This document shows, one piece after another, positions 9,213 through 18,876 of a stretch of DNA of 57,914 nucleotides. Every line of letters begins with the position of its first letter. The first letter of the stretch is position 1. The translations under genes were made by a program, and so were the position numbers. The notes beneath the pieces are model-generated. The model ran no database searches, was not told where the DNA came from, and worked only from the letters and a program-made list of their open reading frames with translations. This DNA comes from Akkermansiaceae bacterium (GTDB taxonomy: Bacteria > Verrucomicrobiota > Verrucomicrobiia > Verrucomicrobiales > Akkermansiaceae): contig SUVM01000001.1 in NCBI GenBank assembly GCA_015062015.1, positions 1-57,914 of the forward strand, in the 5' to 3' direction.

Positions 9213-9604
9213 TGCTGTATTGTGCTGGGGTTATCAGTTTTATAGGGAGCGTCCAGAATTTCTTTGAGGTCGGTCAGGTTGTCAAATTGCTCTTGTTTAT
9301 CCTCCGGTTGTTTGCCGAAAACACCTACACTGATAAGATTATAAACAATCTGCCCAAAATCGCGGCTGCTTTGAATCCCCCAAAATTTCAAAACGTGGTG
9401 AGCCAGGGGACCATATTCCTCCAAAGCATATTTACAGGTTCCCATATAAAGCTCCTCGGCGGTAAGATGTTTATTGTCGCCTTCCTTGGGGTATTGCTGT
9501 ACCGCAAAATCCAGCCCCGCGCGCATAAACTCATACGCACTTGCTGCATACTCCGGGTGCCGTTGCGTCAGCTCTTTCACCGCGTCTTCAAAACTGTTCT
9601 TCAT
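9209..9604 (-). CDS. Minf_1886-like Verrucomicrobia/Planctomycetes-restricted protein
   Basis: AYEFMRAGLD, H.TAEEL, EYGPLA..VL..WGI.S..DFGQIVYNLI pattern; start 9604 inferred from promoter position; 4-nt overlap with the deiminase. Confidence 0.75.
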   Translation of the reverse strand: MKNSFEDAVKELTQRHPEYAASAYEFMRAGLDFAVQQYPKEGDNKHLTAEELYMGTCKYALEEYGPLAHHVLKFWGIQSSRDFGQIVYNLISVGVFGKQPEDKQEQFDNLTDLKEILDAPYKTDNPSTIQQ

Positions 9605-9683
9605 ACGCAAAGATGGTAGCATATCCTAAAATGCCGCGCAACTGCAAATGTTGGCATGTTCGGGTAATGCCGGGTCGTGTTGC

Positions 9684-11060
9684 CTATAGCCCCATTTTGC
9701 CGGGGTTGAGGATGTGGGTGGGGTCTAGGGCGGATTTGAGAGCTTGGTGTACACGGATGGCGGTGGAGCCGACTGCTTGCGGGAACCACGGTGCTTTGGC
9801 AAGACCAATGCCGTGCTCTCCGGTGATGCTGCCGCCATGGGCTAAAACCCAATCGAAGAGCCGATGCACCAGAGCATCTGCCGGGGGGCGATTATCTTCT
9901 CCGCGCTCATTTTTGAGCACCATAATGTTGGTGTGAATGTTGCCGTCTCCGGAGTGCCCGAAACATGCTACAGGTATGCCGGTTTCCTGTTGCATCGCGG
10001 CACAGAATTCCACTAAATGCACCAAGGCTGAGCGCGGTATGACGATATCTTCGTTGAGTTTTGTTAAGCCTGTGGCTTTGAGGCTGTAAGAGAATTCTCG
10101 ACGGAGTTGCCAAATAGCTTCAATTTCGCACTCAGAGCGTGCGGATACCACTTCCGTGGCTCCGGTGGATTTGAGCACGGCCTCAATTTCTGCCAGCTCT
10201 GCAGAGATGGCATCTTTGCGGCCGTCAATTTCGATGATGATGTGGCCTTTTGCGTTTTCGGGCAATATGCCGGGGCCTAAGTGGTTGCGGGCGGCAGCTA
10301 AGGTATAGGCATCCGTAATTTCCATAGCTGCGGGCAAATGGCCGCTTTGTAATACGTTTTGAACGGCGGCAGCGGCCAACGAAAAATCCGGGAAACTCGC
10401 ATGCAAGGCTGCCCGCGTTTGCGGTGCGGGGATGATGCGGAGCGTGGCTTGGGTGATGATGCCCAGCATACCTTCACTGCCACAGAAAAGCCCTACTAAA
10501 TCGAACCCTTGTTTATTTTTGTGCGTACGGCCGCCGCATCGCAAAATGCTGCCATCTGCCAAGACAACTTCCAAGCCCAGCACATACGCGCGTGTAACAC
10601 CGTATTTAAGGCAACGGGGGCCACCTGCGTTGGTGGCTATGTTGCCGCCGATGCTGGATTCTTTTCGGGATGCCGGATCCGGGGGGTAAAACCAGCCCAC
10701 GCGCTGGCAGGCATCCTGCAAATCTGCGGTTAAAACGCCGGCTTCTGCCACTGCAACACCATCTGCCGGGTTGACTTCCAGAATACGCTGCATGCGAGCC
10801 ACGGAGATGACTAAACCGCCCCGCACAGGTACACAGCCGCCTACATAGCCAACACCGGCACCGCGCGCCGTCACCGGGATGTTATAGCGATGGGCAATGC
10901 CCATGGCTTTGGCCACATGCTCGGTTTCAGTGGCAAGCACTACGGCATCGGGCAGGGCGGCGGCATGCCATTTATCCCCGGAATGCGCTTGCAGGGTAAC
11001 GGCGTCTGTGTGGGTGCATTCGGGGAGTGCTTCTTGCAGCTCAAGTATCCAGCTTTCCAT
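9684..11060 (-). CDS. FAD-linked oxidase, GlcD/D-lactate dehydrogenase family
   Basis: RGAGVG..GG, YPPDPAS, IGGNIATNAGG, GSEGMLGII, GHSGDGNIH, GEHGIG, LNPGK. Confidence 0.9.
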   Translation of the reverse strand: MESWILELQEALPECTHTDAVTLQAHSGDKWHAAALPDAVVLATETEHVAKAMGIAHRYNIPVTARGAGVGYVGGCVPVRGGLVISVARMQRILEVNPADGVAVAEAGVLTADLQDACQRVGWFYPPDPASRKESSIGGNIATNAGGPRCLKYGVTRAYVLGLEVVLADGSILRCGGRTHKNKQGFDLVGLFCGSEGMLGIITQATLRIIPAPQTRAALHASFPDFSLAAAAVQNVLQSGHLPAAMEITDAYTLAAARNHLGPGILPENAKGHIIIEIDGRKDAISAELAEIEAVLKSTGATEVVSARSECEIEAIWQLRREFSYSLKATGLTKLNEDIVIPRSALVHLVEFCAAMQQETGIPVACFGHSGDGNIHTNIMVLKNERGEDNRPPADALVHRLFDWVLAHGGSITGEHGIGLAKAPWFPQAVGSTAIRVHQALKSALDPTHILNPGKMGL

Positions 11061-11070
11061 ATGCTTTATT

Positions 11071-12321
11071 TTATTCTTTATCGGTACCCCAGCGGCGGTG
11101 TAACCAGGATTCTACCGGCGAGAAGAGTAATTTATCTGCCAGCAGCCCTACTAAAATAATGATGAACATGATGCCCACAACTTGGTACATGCGCTGCAGC
11201 TCTCTACCAAAATGCAGGTATTGCCCAATGCCGAATCCGCCGACAACGGCAACATAAATCTCTGCAGCCATGAGCGAGCGCCACGCGAAAGCCCATCCTT
11301 GCTTCATGCCGCTGACAACAAACGGAGCAGAGGCAGGCAATGTGACAAAAAGCAGAGTGTGCAGGTGCCCCGAGCCCATGGTGCGTGCTGCCCGCGCGTA
11401 GATGGGCGGAACGTTTTTCATGCCGTTTTGGGTGGAAAGCAGTACACTCCACAATGTACCCATGATGACGACAAAAAGTAATGCGGATTCCGACTGCCCA
11501 AACCATATGCAGGCCAGTGGTACCCAGCATACGCTTGGCAGTGCCTGCAAGCCCAACGCCAGTACGCCCAACGTGTCGTTAACACCCTTGAATTTGGCGG
11601 ATAACATGCCCAGTGGCACACCTAATACCAAGCCAATAGCGTAGCCGATGAGCAAGCGCTTCAGCGTGACTCCCATGGCGTTGACGATTTTAAGGTTGAC
11701 GATGTTATCCCACAAATACTGCCCTACCACGCCGGGGGATGGCAGGACATAGGGATTCCATACAGGTTCTTCCGGCCCTACCCCTAACCATAATAAGTCG
11801 CCTGTAAGCAGCCCCCATATCAGAATGAGGTAAATAAAGAACAACGTTGTAATAAGGCAACGGCGTAATCCCGGTTTGGAAACGCTTGCTGCACCTAAAG
11901 GGAGCCCTGCAAATAAAATTGCGGCACAGAGCATGAGGATGTTAATGCCCATGGGGGTACAGTATGCCGAAATGCGGTGTATGCCGGGTGCGCCGGGGGT
12001 GTTGCACAGCTCCGATGCTATGGAGAATGCCGCCCATGCAATCAACAAATAGGCTGCAAATTGTAAGGCCATGGCTATGGTCTTGCGAGTCAGGAAGCGT
12101 TGCAATAGCATGGCAAGCGGTGTACCAATGCTTGTGCCTATAATGACCAGCAGTACCACGCTTTTGAGGTTTGTCTGTAAATACTGCAAAACCTCCGTAG
12201 GTGCAGGGAAATGCCCTGCGCCATCGCGTGCCGTTGCCAAGCCGCATAAATCGCCGGTAGCAACCGCCCAAAGCGTCAGTAGGCTCAGCAGAATGATGAG
12301 GGGAAAGAGGTAGCGTTTCAT
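11071..12321 (-). CDS. ABC transporter permease, NitT/TauT/SsuC family, with extra N-terminal membrane domain
   Basis: LPSP, ARAARTMG (EAA-like loop), AWRSLMAAE; many TM segments. Confidence 0.9.
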   Translation of the reverse strand: MKRYLFPLIILLSLLTLWAVATGDLCGLATARDGAGHFPAPTEVLQYLQTNLKSVVLLVIIGTSIGTPLAMLLQRFLTRKTIAMALQFAAYLLIAWAAFSIASELCNTPGAPGIHRISAYCTPMGINILMLCAAILFAGLPLGAASVSKPGLRRCLITTLFFIYLILIWGLLTGDLLWLGVGPEEPVWNPYVLPSPGVVGQYLWDNIVNLKIVNAMGVTLKRLLIGYAIGLVLGVPLGMLSAKFKGVNDTLGVLALGLQALPSVCWVPLACIWFGQSESALLFVVIMGTLWSVLLSTQNGMKNVPPIYARAARTMGSGHLHTLLFVTLPASAPFVVSGMKQGWAFAWRSLMAAEIYVAVVGGFGIGQYLHFGRELQRMYQVVGIMFIIILVGLLADKLLFSPVESWLHRRWGTDKE

Positions 12322-12325
12322 GGCG

Positions 12326-13135
12326 TTAATCGGATTCTTGTGCGTCTTGGTATCCTTTGAGTTCGGCTGTGATTTCGCGAGAGAGGTCGGCCAAGTCGTG
12401 GTTATTGATATTGCGGGGGCGCGGTAAGTCGATTTTGAATTCCCTGCGCACTCGTCCCGGGTGGGGGGAGAAGAGGATGACGCGGTTGCCGAGGCAAACG
12501 GCTTCTCTCACATTATGGGTTACAAAAACGATAGTTTTTTTGCGTTTTTCCCAAATATCCTGAATATCTCCGTACAGTTGCTCGCGTGTCATGGCGTCCA
12601 ATGCGGAGAATGGCTCGTCCATCAGCAAGATTTTGGGGTTCGGAGCCAAAGAACGCGCCAACGCAACACGCTGTTTCATACCGCCGGATAATTCGTGGAT
12701 ATTGGCATGGGCAAATTTATCCATCTTAACGAGGTAGAGATAGTATTTTGCAACTTCCAAGCGTTCTTTATTGTTTAAGTTGGGCTTTTGTTTCAGCCCG
12801 AACATCACGTTGCCAATAACATCCAACCAGGGGAAAAGAGCATGCTCTTGGAACATCATCATGCGGTCTCTCCCCGGGCCGGTAATCGGTTCTCCGTCAA
12901 TTAATGCTTTTCCTTTGTCGGGTTTTTCCAGCCCGGCGATGATGTTGAGCAAGGTGGATTTGCCGCAACCGCTCGGCCCCACAAAGCATACAAAATCTCC
13001 CTCGTTGATGGTGAGGTTTGCGTCGTCCAGTGCATGTACAATCCGTTTTTTCGTTTTGTAGTCTTTGTACACATGTTCTACGCTCAGCTTAGCGGTGGGA
13101 AAATCTTGTATTTCCTGGTGTGTTTTGTCTCTCAT
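12326..13135 (-). CDS. ABC transporter ATP-binding protein, NitT/TauT family
   Basis: GPSGCGKST, LSGGMKQR, LLMDEPFSALD, VTH. Confidence 0.95.
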   Translation of the reverse strand: MRDKTHQEIQDFPTAKLSVEHVYKDYKTKKRIVHALDDANLTINEGDFVCFVGPSGCGKSTLLNIIAGLEKPDKGKALIDGEPITGPGRDRMMMFQEHALFPWLDVIGNVMFGLKQKPNLNNKERLEVAKYYLYLVKMDKFAHANIHELSGGMKQRVALARSLAPNPKILLMDEPFSALDAMTREQLYGDIQDIWEKRKKTIVFVTHNVREAVCLGNRVILFSPHPGRVRREFKIDLPRPRNINNHDLADLSREITAELKGYQDAQESD

Positions 13136-13157
13136 AATTAATGAGTTCGATAAAAGG

Positions 13158-14168
13158 TTAGTCTTGCGGGGCGTATATCATGTTATGTACGGGGGGCACA
13201 TGGTCCAACAACCCTGTTTTTTTGCCGTCTTGTACAAATTGTTCCAAACCGGCTATATCAACCTTGTCTGTCAGCGTCATACGTTTCCAAGCACTGGCAA
13301 CCAATTTGCGGAAGTTGTTGCGCTCTTTTTCATCGGATTGTGTAAGGTGCATCAACTCATCCACTACATGTTCTTGAGCAGCTTGCGGATTTTGTATAAT
13401 CCAGTTATTGAGCTTACTGTGTGCGCGGATGATTTGCTGTGCCACGTCCGGGTGGCGTTTTAACCAGCCCACACGAGAAGCCAGAACGGTGGTAACGACG
13501 TCCGGTTCTTCTACTAAAATGCGGGCATTAGCGTTTTGTTCTAAGCGAGATACCCAGGGCTCCACCGTCCAACAGCCATCAATGTCTCCATTTGTCATTA
13601 ATTGCAATTGCATGGCGTTTGGGGTGGGTGCAACACGGCAATCTCCGCCGCCTTCTATCGGGCAAGAGAGCCCGTTGTTGATAAGCCATGCGCGGCAAGC
13701 TACATCTTGAGTATTGCCTAATTGCGGGGTGGCAATGCAGCGCCCCTTGAAATCCGCAGCCCGTGTAATGCCGCTCTCTTTGCCTACCATGAGGGCAGAG
13801 CCTCCGTTTACGGCTCCTGCCAGTAGCCGTACTTCTCTGCCGGCTGATACGGAATAGGCATTCAGTGCGGGGCTGGGGCCAACGTACGTTACATCGACAG
13901 TGCTGCCAAACAGCGCTTCCATTGCTGTGGGCCCGGCGTTAAACGTATACCATTCTTCCGTATAGCCCGGTATTTCGTATTCGAACCATCCTTTGCCTTG
14001 GCATGTTTTATGCCTCCACATATTGCGTGCTACAAGCCCCTGAACATGGGTTACATTGGGAAAACAGCCCAACCGTATCACGTTTTCCCGTTCCGTGTCA
14101 CCACCGCATCTGCACAGCAAAAGGGTTGTGCAGATAAGTAGCAGGATGATGGTCGCGCGGCTCTTCAT
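13158..14168 (-). CDS. ABC substrate-binding lipoprotein, SsuA/aliphatic sulfonate-like
   Basis: Lipoprotein-like N-terminus; FPNVTH, FNAGP, YVGPSPA, ATPQLGNTQDVA, VEPW. Confidence 0.85.
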   Translation of the reverse strand: MKSRATIILLLICTTLLLCRCGGDTERENVIRLGCFPNVTHVQGLVARNMWRHKTCQGKGWFEYEIPGYTEEWYTFNAGPTAMEALFGSTVDVTYVGPSPALNAYSVSAGREVRLLAGAVNGGSALMVGKESGITRAADFKGRCIATPQLGNTQDVACRAWLINNGLSCPIEGGGDCRVAPTPNAMQLQLMTNGDIDGCWTVEPWVSRLEQNANARILVEEPDVVTTVLASRVGWLKRHPDVAQQIIRAHSKLNNWIIQNPQAAQEHVVDELMHLTQSDEKERNNFRKLVASAWKRMTLTDKVDIAGLEQFVQDGKKTGLLDHVPPVHNMIYAPQD

Positions 14169-14260
14169 GACCTCTTATCCTATCACAGCACCCCCACTAC
14201 GTCAAGCTGCAAGCCGCCTTGCTGCTACAAATCTGCGTGGAATATGACATAAAACCATGA

Positions 14261-15283
14261 TTATGGCCAAGCGTTTTGCATCAGTTTGCGGGATAATTGT
14301 TGCGTTTTTTTGATAGCCTGTAGAGTGTTGGAGATGGCGGCATCGGTGCACCGCATGCTATCGGCAATGCTATTTTGAAGCCGGAGCGGAGGCAGCCAGA
14401 TGAGGGTTTGCTGCAATTCCTTCTTTTTAAGGTATTTGATAGAAGTGCCTACGGATCGGGATTCGAGCAGTTGCGTGTTGTTGTGCAGGTAAGAGAACAG
14501 GTAGCGCGCGCTGAGAATGGCGGGGTTTTTGACGCGTAAGATGTAAATGCGTTGGTATGCCGCAAATTTGCCGTTAAAGTAACGCACCCGAAAGTCGATG
14601 TTGCCGGATACGAGCACGCATTCACAGTCAAAATCGTAGCAGTTGATGGTCTGTACATGCTTGGCGCAGGTAAAGAAGGGGTATGCGCCGGCAGTTGATG
14701 CCGCCCCGGCATTTCTTTTGCCGCAATCTATTGTAGCGATGTGGGAGAGGGGCACAAAACGCCCCTTTGCGTGGCAGGTGTATTGTTGTTGCAGGGTTGC
14801 GTAGTGGGTAGCTTTAAGCAGTTGCAGCTGTTGCAGCAGTGCTTGTTGTTTTGAGAGTATAGTGTCGCATTGCTGCAAAAGACTGACAATACGTTGCTGC
14901 TGCGCGTGTGTGCCGTAGCGTACGGTTACATTACGCAAGCTGTTGGTGGTAATTTGCGGAAGCGCAGCTCCGGTGATGATGGGGGAGAAGTCGTAATTTT
15001 TTAGGTAATAGTACAGGTATTCGGGCAAAATGTCGGGGTGGAGTCTTTCTAAACACAAGGCGTTGGCTGTAACATAGGCTTTGGGTTGTGTGAGGTATAC
15101 GGCACCGCAACCACAGCCGCGACTCGCAATGGCAATAACGCGGTGCAGGTGGTTGTATTCGGTGTAATAGCCTTTCAGCCCGTTTGCCCCGTAAACCGGG
15201 TAGCCGCTTGCTGTCATTGCCGTTTGCGGCAGTGGTTTCCATTGTTTGGGTGTGCAAATGTCGGTTAAGCGGGCTGTGTGCAT
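14261..15283 (-). CDS. hsdS: Type I restriction-modification specificity subunit (two TRDs), orphan
   Basis: TRD1 YPVYGANG...EYLYYYL...TGAALPQIT; coil QQQRIV.LL; TRD2 GAYPFFTC...YQRIYIL...GTSIKYL; LPPLRLQNSIA. Start 15283 avoids the overlap with recN. Confidence 0.85.
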   Translation of the reverse strand: MHTARLTDICTPKQWKPLPQTAMTASGYPVYGANGLKGYYTEYNHLHRVIAIASRGCGCGAVYLTQPKAYVTANALCLERLHPDILPEYLYYYLKNYDFSPIITGAALPQITTNSLRNVTVRYGTHAQQQRIVSLLQQCDTILSKQQALLQQLQLLKATHYATLQQQYTCHAKGRFVPLSHIATIDCGKRNAGAASTAGAYPFFTCAKHVQTINCYDFDCECVLVSGNIDFRVRYFNGKFAAYQRIYILRVKNPAILSARYLFSYLHNNTQLLESRSVGTSIKYLKKKELQQTLIWLPPLRLQNSIADSMRCTDAAISNTLQAIKKTQQLSRKLMQNAWP

Positions 15284-15287
15284 GGGG

Positions 15288-16940
15288 CTAGCTGTGCAAT
15301 AGTTCCCGGGCGTGTGCCTCTGCTGTGGCACCGCCCGTGCCCAGCATGCGCATCAGCTCTGTCACGCGCGCGTCGTCCTGCACCTCTTGCATGCGGGATA
15401 CGGTGCGGCCATCTGCCGTACCTTTGGAGATGAGGTAGTGGTGGTTGGCAAGGGCTGCCACTTGCGGAAAGTGGGTGATAGAGATAACTTGGTGCTCTTG
15501 CCCCAGCTCTCTCATTTTGAGCCCCACGGCACGGGCAATTTCGCCACCTACGTTGGCATCAATTTCATCAAATACCAGTAGGGGGGTGTCATCTTGGCCT
15601 GCCAGTGCGCTCTTGAGGGCGAGCATCACTCGTGCCAGCTCGCCGCTGGATGCAATGAGCCGTAGTGCTTTAAGCGGTTCCCCGGGGTTGGGCCCAAATA
15701 AAAATTCCGCTTCTTCCAGCCCGTGCGGCCCCGGCGTTGGCAGCGGTGATAAGGCTACCTCGAACAACGATTGCCGGAACCCAAGTTGCCGCGCATGTTG
15801 TAAAAAAGCGTTGCAGAGTTTGGGTGCAGCCTTGCGGCGGCCGACGGAAAGTTTTTGAGCCGCTTGCAGCAGTTCCGCTTTTCTGAGTTGCTCTTGCTGT
15901 GCGAGGTCTTCGAGCATTTGTTCTCGGTTGTCCGCTTCGTTCAATTTTGCGTGGCAGCTTTGCAAGTGTTGCTCGATGGCTTCGTAATCTGCACCGTATT
16001 TGCGTTTCAGAGAATCGAGCAGGGATATACGCTCTTCCAGTCGGGAAAGTTCTTGCGGGTCAATGCTCAGGTTGTCGGTATAGTTTTGTAGGTCGGCACA
16101 CAAATCTGTCAGCTCATCTATCAGCCCTTCCATCGGGGAGAGCATGCGGGCTGCATCTGCATCCAAACGCTCTAATTCTCTGCCTAAGCGTACGAGCAGA
16201 CGCATGTTGTTTAATACAGAGTTGTCTTCGCCATCCAGCAGCTGTACCATAGGCAATGCCGTATCGCGCAGTCGAGAGGCGTTGCGGGCACGTTGCCAAT
16301 GGGTTTCCAGTCCGGCAATCTCGTCGGCTGTGAATCCGGCACTTTCAATTTCGTTAATTTGGTGGCGTAAAAAGTCGAGCTCACGCTCGTTGGCCATCTC
16401 TTTTTCCTGAAGTTCTCGGTAGGCAGCGCGTGCTGAGCACCAAGCGGCATAAGCTGTTTTGTAGGCACGCAACAGCGGCTCGTTTTCGGCATAGGCATCC
16501 AGTAAATCCAGCTGGCGTTCCCGGGAGGTGAGGGAGCGGTGCGCCTCCGGGTGGTGCATATCTACCAAGCCGCCTGCAATTTTTCGTAATAATTGGAGGG
16601 TGACGGGCGAATTGTTGATGTATTGTCTATTGCCGGTGGCAGTAATGGTGCGTTTGAGCAAAAGCTCGCCGTCTTCGCAAAGGGGGACACCTGCTTCTTC
16701 TAATGTTTCGTTGATGGCTGTGGCATCTGTTAACCGAAAAGCGGCCTCGAGGCTGCACTGGCTTTCGCCGCTGCGGATGCGGCCTTTGTCGGCGCGTTCT
16801 CCCAAGAGCAGGGAGAGCCCGCCCATGATGACGGATTTGCCTGCACCGGTTTCGCCGGTAATGGATAAAAAGCCCGGTTCCGGTTCCCAAACCAGTTCGT
16901 CTACCAAGGCCAGATTTCGAATCTTGAGCAGAGTGAGCAT
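15288..16940 (-). CDS. recN: DNA repair protein RecN
   Basis: ITGETGAGKS, NPGEP, ASSGELARVMLALK, FDEIDANVGG, ITHFPQVAA. Confidence 0.95.
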   Translation of the reverse strand: MLTLLKIRNLALVDELVWEPEPGFLSITGETGAGKSVIMGGLSLLLGERADKGRIRSGESQCSLEAAFRLTDATAINETLEEAGVPLCEDGELLLKRTITATGNRQYINNSPVTLQLLRKIAGGLVDMHHPEAHRSLTSRERQLDLLDAYAENEPLLRAYKTAYAAWCSARAAYRELQEKEMANERELDFLRHQINEIESAGFTADEIAGLETHWQRARNASRLRDTALPMVQLLDGEDNSVLNNMRLLVRLGRELERLDADAARMLSPMEGLIDELTDLCADLQNYTDNLSIDPQELSRLEERISLLDSLKRKYGADYEAIEQHLQSCHAKLNEADNREQMLEDLAQQEQLRKAELLQAAQKLSVGRRKAAPKLCNAFLQHARQLGFRQSLFEVALSPLPTPGPHGLEEAEFLFGPNPGEPLKALRLIASSGELARVMLALKSALAGQDDTPLLVFDEIDANVGGEIARAVGLKMRELGQEHQVISITHFPQVAALANHHYLISKGTADGRTVSRMQEVQDDARVTELMRMLGTGGATAEAHARELLHS

Positions 16941-17007
16941 ATTTTGCTTTGCGTTGTCGCGCTATTATGGCATAATACCTGCGTAAATTCAAACCGAAAA
17001 ATCAAGA

Positions 17008-17781
17008 ATGAAAGTACTTTTCCTCGGCAGTGGCACGTCAACAGGAGTTCCGGTTATTGGTTGTAGTTGCGATGTATGCCGCTCCGATAACCCCAAAAAT
17101 CAGCGTTTGCGTTCATCCGTGCTGGTGCAGAGTGCCACTACTACTGTGTTGGTGGATTCTTGCCCGGATTTACGCCAGCAGGCCTTGCGCCATCGTTTAA
17201 CCGCCATAGATGCCGTTCTTTACACCCATGAGCATTTGGACCACACCGCCGGGTTTGACGAGATGCGTGCCTTTTGCTGGCATCGGGACACCCGTTTGCC
17301 TTTATATGCCGGTACACAATGTTTGGCGCAACTGAAGCGTATGTTTGCTTGGGCTTTTTCCGAACAAAATACATACAAGGGGTATATTCGGCCTGCTGCG
17401 CAGGACCACGGCGGACACCCCTTTTGTGTGGGGGATATAGAGATAACCCCCGTGCCGGTGCAACATGCTGCGGTAGAAACCTATGGTTATGTGTTCCGTT
17501 GCGGAGCGAGCTCCTTTGGTTATGTGCCGGATATTAAGGTGTTGCCCGAGGCATCTGCACCGCTGTTGCAGGGGCTGACAGCTTTGGCGATGGATGCGCT
17601 TACTACCCGCGAGCACCGCACCCATTTAACCGTGGCAGAATGTGTGGCGTTGATGGAGCAGCTACGCCCGCAGCGCGGTTATCTTACCCATTGCGGCCAT
17701 GCCGTAGATTACGATACCGCACAAACAACAACGCCGGAGTTTATTACCCCGGCGTATGATGGTTTGTTGGTGGAGTGCTGA
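17008..17781 (+). CDS. MBL-fold metallohydrolase, PhnP/YycJ-like
   Basis: LGSGTSTGVP.IGC.C.VC, THEHLDH. Confidence 0.9.
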   Translation: MKVLFLGSGTSTGVPVIGCSCDVCRSDNPKNQRLRSSVLVQSATTTVLVDSCPDLRQQALRHRLTAIDAVLYTHEHLDHTAGFDEMRAFCWHRDTRLPLYAGTQCLAQLKRMFAWAFSEQNTYKGYIRPAAQDHGGHPFCVGDIEITPVPVQHAAVETYGYVFRCGASSFGYVPDIKVLPEASAPLLQGLTALAMDALTTREHRTHLTVAECVALMEQLRPQRGYLTHCGHAVDYDTAQTTTPEFITPAYDGLLVEC

Positions 17782-17788
17782 AACAAAC

Positions 17789-18850
17789 TTAGCTTTGCGC
17801 AAAGTGTTTTTTGATAGCAAGCGCGCAGTCTTTGACTAAGTTGGGCCCCTTGTAAATAAAGCCGCTGTACAGCTGTACCAGCGAGGCGCCAAGCTCTATC
17901 TTTTTGACGGCATCTTCTGCCGTGGTGATGCCGCCTACGCCAATGATGGGGATGGCACCGTTGAGGTCCTTGGCAAAGGCCTCCAGCGTTTCGTTGGCTC
18001 TGTTGTATAAAGGCTTGCCGGACATACCGCCGCTTTGCGTGGCGGCAGGGTGGTTTTCCACCCCGGTACGCGTGGTGGTGGTGTTAGAGCAGATAAGCCC
18101 ATCCAACTGGCTGTCTAAAAAGACACGCGAAAGCTCGTGCACCTGTGTTTCTTCCATATCCGGAGACACTTTCATGACGAGCGGTACATAGCGCCCTGTG
18201 TCGTTGCAAAGATTGGTTTGTTCGCTCTTAAGCAGAGCCAACAGCTCTGCTGCCGGAGCGGCTTTGGCCAAGTTGCACAGGTTAGGTACATTGGGGCAAG
18301 AAAAATTGATGGCAATGTAGTCCGCAACGTCCCAGGCTGCTCTCATACAGGCGAGGTAGTCCATGCTGGCTTCCTCGTTGGGCGTTACTTTGTTTTTGCT
18401 GATGTTGACACCCAGAATGCCGTTAAATCGCTTAGTGGCTCTGATGTTGTCCACCCCGGCATCAATACCCGGGTTGTTGATACCCATGTGGTTAATGATG
18501 GCTTGCTGCGGGATACAGCGGAAAAGTCTGGGCTTGGGGTTGCCGGGTTGTGGGCGGGGGGTAAGCGTACCTACTTCAACAAAGCCGAACCCGAGTCTGC
18601 CGAACGCGGCAGCGGTGTTAGCCTGCTTATCCAACCCGGCGGCTAAACCAACGCGGTTGGGGAACTTGAGCCCCATTACCGTAACGGGATCGTCTATCTT
18701 AGCACCGGCCAGCGGGCCAAGGATTCTCATTTTTTCTGCCAGACGTAAGCCGGAAAGTGTTAATTCATGTGCGGTTTCCGGGTTGAATCGGAAAAGAATA
18801 CTTTTTGCGAGATTATATAAAATGGGGGACACAGCAGAGGGGGGGCGCAT
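17789..18850 (-). CDS. pyrD: Quinone-dependent dihydroorotate dehydrogenase (class 2)
   Basis: GLAAGLDK, GTLTPRPQPGNPKPRLFR, INFSCPN, KVSPD, GGMSGKP. Confidence 0.95.
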   Translation of the reverse strand: MRPPSAVSPILYNLAKSILFRFNPETAHELTLSGLRLAEKMRILGPLAGAKIDDPVTVMGLKFPNRVGLAAGLDKQANTAAAFGRLGFGFVEVGTLTPRPQPGNPKPRLFRCIPQQAIINHMGINNPGIDAGVDNIRATKRFNGILGVNISKNKVTPNEEASMDYLACMRAAWDVADYIAINFSCPNVPNLCNLAKAAPAAELLALLKSEQTNLCNDTGRYVPLVMKVSPDMEETQVHELSRVFLDSQLDGLICSNTTTTRTGVENHPAATQSGGMSGKPLYNRANETLEAFAKDLNGAIPIIGVGGITTAEDAVKKIELGASLVQLYSGFIYKGPNLVKDCALAIKKHFAQS

Positions 18851-18876
18851 GACAGAGTGGTGACCTGCGCCGGGTG

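Noticed and set aside
14261-15283. Phase-variable hsdS shufflon or complete defence island
   Set aside because: No recombinase, inverted repeats, additional TRD cassettes, hsdM or hsdR nearby.
16941-17007. LexA/SOS box upstream of recN
   Set aside because: No match to the TGTTC-N4-GAACA type or other known boxes; the TGGCATAATACCTGC sigma54-like match is better explained by overlapping sigma70 -10 elements.
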